Assembly: GCA_965238055.1 (NCBI GenBank)
Contig: OZ250178.1
Location: 2,009,184-2,073,183, forward strand
Reading direction: 5' to 3'
Origin: Candidatus Foliamicus sp.
GTDB lineage: Bacteria > Pseudomonadota > Gammaproteobacteria > Steroidobacterales > Foliamicaceae
DNA: 64,000 nt
Shown: positions 60,370 to 64,000 of the stretch, piece after piece
How the letters are laid out: every line of letters starts with the position of its first letter
How positions within the stretch are numbered: the first letter of the stretch is position 1
Notes under the pieces: generated by a model
The model's database searches: none
Told to the model about the DNA's origin: nothing
Seen by the model: only the letters and a program-made list of their open reading frames with translations
Translations under genes and position numbers: made by a program

Positions 60370-61227
60370 TCAGGCAGGGGCGTCTAACCGTTCGCCTAGC
60401 GCCTGCCCACACTGAATTTCTTCGCCTTCCCGGCGCTCGGGCAACCAGCCCAGCAAATTCTCTGTTGCGACCAGGACCACGGTGGAGCCGAAATTGAAAT
60501 GCGCGACATAGTCGCCCCGTTCGCATTTCGGACCAAGCGGACCGGGGAATCGCCAGCGAGTGGAAACCGGCGGAATATTCGCATCGGTCGTGATGTTGAA
60601 CGCCGTGCTGATGGAGCCGACATTCAGCGCTCCCACCATAACCAGGCAGAATTTTCCGCCGGCCGTTTCAAAGTGCAGCGCAACGCGTTCATTGGTCGTG
60701 AGTACCGAGGGCGCAGCATCTATAAGGGCCGGATTGACCGACAGCCGCCTCCCGGGAAGGTATACGATCTCGCGCAACTGGCCCTCAGCGGGCATGTGCA
60801 CGCGGTGGTAGTCGGACGGACGCAAATAGACGATAGCAGCATGACCGCCCTTATAGGGTTCCGCGTAGCGTGCGCCTCCCAGCATTTGCTCCAGGGAGTA
60901 ACGGATACCCTTCGCTCGCGATCGGGAAATCTCGCTTACGCGGCCCAGTTGCGTCAGCAAACCGTCGGCCGGACAGGTCACGACTTCGTCGCCGCCTTCC
61001 GAATTGCGTGCTCCCGACTTGAGTTCACGCGAGAAAAACTCGCCGAGGCTGGCGTAGTCGCGGGGCACGGACTTCGCTGCTTCCGCCGTGTTGATCGAAA
61101 ACACCCAGGCAAATGCGCGAATCAAAAAGCCGCCGGGTCCGCGAAACCGCGCCACGCGCGCCGCCAGGCGGCTGAGTGTCAGCAGCGGCAGAAGAAAGTG
61201 CAGACGGACAAGAAGTCTGGCGAACAC
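60370..61227 (-). CDS. psd: Phosphatidylserine decarboxylase proenzyme
   Basis: 285 aa. FFSRELK and the self-cleavage motif FNFGSTVV. Confidence 0.88.
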   Translation of the reverse strand: MFARLLVRLHFLLPLLTLSRLAARVARFRGPGGFLIRAFAWVFSINTAEAAKSVPRDYASLGEFFSRELKSGARNSEGGDEVVTCPADGLLTQLGRVSEISRSRAKGIRYSLEQMLGGARYAEPYKGGHAAIVYLRPSDYHRVHMPAEGQLREIVYLPGRRLSVNPALIDAAPSVLTTNERVALHFETAGGKFCLVMVGALNVGSISTAFNITTDANIPPVSTRWRFPGPLGPKCERGDYVAHFNFGSTVVLVATENLLGWLPERREGEEIQCGQALGERLDAPA

Positions 61228-61283
61228 GGCATGGGGTCAATTGCAGGACGTTCGATTGTAGCCGGTGGGGAACCCGGCGTCTG

Positions 61284-62147
61284 ATGCGATTCCTTGATCT
61301 CGTTGATGAGGTGGCGGCGTACCTTGACGGCGGGCGCATCCACTTCGGTCATGGCTTCTCCAGCGCCCGGGACGAAGCACTCGCGCTGGTGAGTCATGTC
61401 AGTCACTCGGGAAACTGGCAGCGTGACTCCATTTTGCGCAAGCGCTTGTCCCTTTCGGTCCAGGCTCGGTCTCGCCGTCTGGCGTCCTTGAGGGTATCTC
61501 GGCGGATTCCACTCGCTTACCTGACCCGGGAGGCCTGGTTTGCAGGACTGCGGTTTGGCGTGGACAAACGCGTCTGTATTCCTCGCTCGCCGTTCGCTGA
61601 ACTGATACAAAACGGCTTTTGGCCCTGGCGGCGCCCGGAGAATGTCCGGCGCGTACTTGAACTTTGCACTGGCTCGGGCTGCATTTCGGCGGCTTGCGCC
61701 TTGTACTTTCCGGGAAGCAGAGTGGTGGCGACCGATATTTCCCAGGCGGCCTTGTCCGTGGCCGTGCACAATCTGCGTGGACTCGGCCTGGGGCACCGGG
61801 TTTCGCTGCGCCATGGAGATTTGTTTGCCGATGCCGAGGGAAAGTTTGATCTGGTGATCGCCAATCCGCCATACGTGCCCAGCGGTGTCTACCACTTGCT
61901 GCCGCCGGAGTACCGGCATGAACCCGGCCTCGCGCTGGAGGCGGGAGCCGACGGGCTGCTTATGGCCGAGCGCATCCTGCGCGCCGCGCCCCAATACTTG
62001 AGCGAGGATGGGCTATTGGCGCTTGAGGTGGGCGAAGTTGCACTGGACCTCGTGGCGGCACACCCCGAGCTTCCCTTTTTCTGGCCGAATCTTGAGCGGG
62101 GCGGCGAAGGCGTACTGTTGCTGAGGGCCGCGGATTTGGCTGGCTAG
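61284..62147 (+). CDS. prmB: Ribosomal protein L3 N5-glutamine methyltransferase
   Basis: Start taken at MRFLDLVDEVAAYL. Motifs HFGHGFSSARDEALALV, LELCTGSGCI and IANPPYV. Confidence 0.8.
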   Translation: MRFLDLVDEVAAYLDGGRIHFGHGFSSARDEALALVSHVSHSGNWQRDSILRKRLSLSVQARSRRLASLRVSRRIPLAYLTREAWFAGLRFGVDKRVCIPRSPFAELIQNGFWPWRRPENVRRVLELCTGSGCISAACALYFPGSRVVATDISQAALSVAVHNLRGLGLGHRVSLRHGDLFADAEGKFDLVIANPPYVPSGVYHLLPPEYRHEPGLALEAGADGLLMAERILRAAPQYLSEDGLLALEVGEVALDLVAAHPELPFFWPNLERGGEGVLLLRAADLAG

Positions 62148-62164
62148 GCCGCTTTGCCTGTGGA

Positions 62165-62295
62165 GGAGGGTGGGGACGTTCCCGGGAGCGAGGGCGTCCC
62201 GTCCTCGCCGAGGGCGGGACGCCCTCGTTCCCAGGGCGGGATGCTCTCCTTCCCAGTGTCGAGGGCGGGACGCCCTCGTTCCCAGGGACGCCCTT
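62165..62295. repeat. REP-like element cluster (about 4 copies, both orientations)
   Basis: ...gggagcgagggcgtcccgtcctcgccgagggcgggacgccctcgttcccagggcgggatgctctccttcccagtgtcgagggcgggacgccctcgttcccaggg. Confidence 0.8.
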
Positions 62296-62302
62296 TCCCC
62301 GA

Positions 62303-63169
62303 TTAAGCGGGGGCCGGCTTCCGTTGCAGTTTTGCGAGCAGTTTCGCAATCTCCAGGCGCATCACTCGCCGGTCCAGGATCATGTCCAGCGCGCCATGCT
62401 CCAGCAGGAATTCCGACCGCTGAAATCCCTCGGGCAGATCCTCTCGGACCGTCTGCTTGATCACTCGGGGACCGGCGAAACCGATCAGCGCGTTCGGTTC
62501 CGCAATCACGATGTCGCCCTGCATCGCCAGGCTCGCCGACACTCCCCCCATTGTGGGATTGGTGAGCACCGAGATGTAGGGGAGGCCTGCCTTGGCAAGG
62601 GCGTGCAGCGCCGCGGTGGCTTTGGCCATCTGCATCAGGGAGAACAGGGCCTCCTGCATGCGCGCCCCGCCGGAAGCGGAAAAATTGACCAGGGGCATAC
62701 CGTGCTCCCGGCAATAGTCGGCGGCGCGCACGAACTTTTCCCCCACCACGGAGCCCATGGAGCCACCCATGAAAGCAAACTCGAACGCGCTGGCCACAAT
62801 CGCTTCCCCGTGCAGCTTCCCGGTCATGGTGACCAGCGCCTCCAGCTCTCCGCTGCTGTCGATGGCCTGGGCGATTCGATCGGTGTATCGCTTGGTGTCC
62901 ATGAACTTCAACGGGTCCTTGGACTGCAGCCTGGGTGCGAGTTCCTTTGCGGAGTCCTTGTCCAGGAACAACTCCAGCCTGCGGCGGGCCGAGAGGCGCA
63001 TGTGATGTTCGCACTTCGGGCACACATGCTGGATGCGTTCCACTTCGGTCCGATACAGTTGCGTTCCGCAAGCGTCACACTTGACCCACACGCCCTCGGG
63101 CACGCTTTTCTTGGGTCGCCGCGTGGTGATGCGCGACGGCATTAATCTCCGCAACCAGGAAATCGCCAT
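62303..63169 (-). CDS. accD: Acetyl-CoA carboxylase carboxyltransferase beta subunit
   Basis: Zn-ribbon CDACGTQLY...CPKCEHH. Motif [11 protein letters not shown]. Confidence 0.92.
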   Translation of the reverse strand: MAISWLRRLMPSRITTRRPKKSVPEGVWVKCDACGTQLYRTEVERIQHVCPKCEHHMRLSARRRLELFLDKDSAKELAPRLQSKDPLKFMDTKRYTDRIAQAIDSSGELEALVTMTGKLHGEAIVASAFEFAFMGGSMGSVVGEKFVRAADYCREHGMPLVNFSASGGARMQEALFSLMQMAKATAALHALAKAGLPYISVLTNPTMGGVSASLAMQGDIVIAEPNALIGFAGPRVIKQTVREDLPEGFQRSEFLLEHGALDMILDRRVMRLEIAKLLAKLQRKPAPA

Positions 63170-63186
63170 AAGACTTTGATTTTAGC

Positions 63187-63996
63187 CTAAATGTTCTCAG
63201 GTCTTTGAATAAATGATTCGGGAAGTGACGCGCTTTGGTTTGGAAGCAGTTCCGGCGGATACTCAATGTGATGAAGGTAGAGGCCCTGGGGCGGCGCGGC
63301 CGGACCGGCCGCTTCGCGATTGCAGGCCTCAAGTATTTCTGCAATCCAGCCAGGTGATTGACGGCCCCGGCCCACCAGAGCGAGGGAACCGGCAATGTTC
63401 CTCACCATCCGTTGCAGGAAGCTGTTGGCCCGGCAGACTATCCATACGCGATCCCCGTCCCGGCGTACCTGAATACTGAGCATCCTTCGTACGGGTGATT
63501 TGGCCGGACAGTCGGCCGCGCGGAAGGTGCTGAAGTCCTGCTCGCCCGCCAATGCCTGAGCCGCCTTGTGCATGTTGCCGGTATCCAGGTTGTCCCGAAT
63601 CTGCCAGGCACGATTGCGCTGCAATGCCGACCGCACGGAGCGATTGAGAATCAGGTAGGCGTAGGTGCGGGATGTCGCGGAATGCCGGGCATGAAAGCTG
63701 CCTTGAACCTTGCTTGCCCAGAGCAGGTTCACGTCATCGGGCAGATAGGTGTTGGCGCCCAGCAGCCAGTCGCTTGTGCTGCGCTCAGCGCTGGTGTCGA
63801 AATGCGCCACTTGCTCAAAGGCGTGCACCCCGGCATCCGTGCGGCCGGCTCCCATGCATTGCACCTCATGATCGGCAATCCGGCCGAGCGCCTGGTTGAC
63901 GGCTGCCTGTATGCTCGGTCTGCGGCGTTGCAACTGCCAGCCGTGATAGGCGCTGCCGTCGTACTCCAGGCCGACGGCGAGTCGTTCGACAGTCAT
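63187..63996 (-). CDS. truA: tRNA pseudouridine(38-40) synthase
   Basis: 269 aa. Motifs EYDGSAYHGWQ and the catalytic GRTDAGVHA. Confidence 0.9.
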   Translation of the reverse strand: MTVERLAVGLEYDGSAYHGWQLQRRRPSIQAAVNQALGRIADHEVQCMGAGRTDAGVHAFEQVAHFDTSAERSTSDWLLGANTYLPDDVNLLWASKVQGSFHARHSATSRTYAYLILNRSVRSALQRNRAWQIRDNLDTGNMHKAAQALAGEQDFSTFRAADCPAKSPVRRMLSIQVRRDGDRVWIVCRANSFLQRMVRNIAGSLALVGRGRQSPGWIAEILEACNREAAGPAAPPQGLYLHHIEYPPELLPNQSASLPESFIQRPENI

Positions 63997-64000
63997 GCTT

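Overview
High-GC bacterial chromosome segment. Gene content and neighbourhoods (corC/lnt, efp, psd, prmB, accD, truA) suggest a proteobacterium, probably a gammaproteobacterium; this is inference only. Most of the window is core and catabolic: ALDH, a GPH transporter, two Rieske oxygenase paralogs, FAD monooxygenases, SDRs, an OmpR/HK pair, a TonB-dependent receptor, MFS transporters, alpha/beta hydrolases and an S8 protease. Two AT-richer accessory islands interrupt it. Island 1 (about 3.9-7.7 kb, upstream of lnt) holds a type II R-M pair plus a translationally coupled three-gene operon in which I recognise no domain; this is my best candidate for an undescribed, probably defence-related, system. 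Island 2 (about 29.1-39.6 kb) lies between a TonB-receptor terminator and a truncated RND pump gene. It carries a membrane-anchored DUF2235/Tle1-like lipase-fold protein, an orphan P-loop ATPase, a higB remnant with higA, hipBA with operator-like palindromes, vapBC, a DUF4143 ATPase and transposase/integrase debris. An IS3-family element (13788-15269, 3-bp GTT target duplication) has cut the last 43 codons off one Rieske paralog. One REP-like hairpin family (core GAGGGCG-GGA-CGCCCTC) fills at least ten intergenic sites. It is read through at the 3' end of the response-regulator gene and is associated with a 64-bp tandem duplication of the kinase start. A second, different pair of about 70-nt hairpins (45659-45829) shares an 18-nt loop core but has different stems with compensated base pairs. 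Several apparent frameshifts are present (MBL hydrolase, hipA 3' end, possibly the restriction gene, a DUF2878-like gene). I found no rRNA, tRNA, CRISPR array or cas genes by eye. All functional calls rest on motif recognition in the supplied translations, not on database searches.
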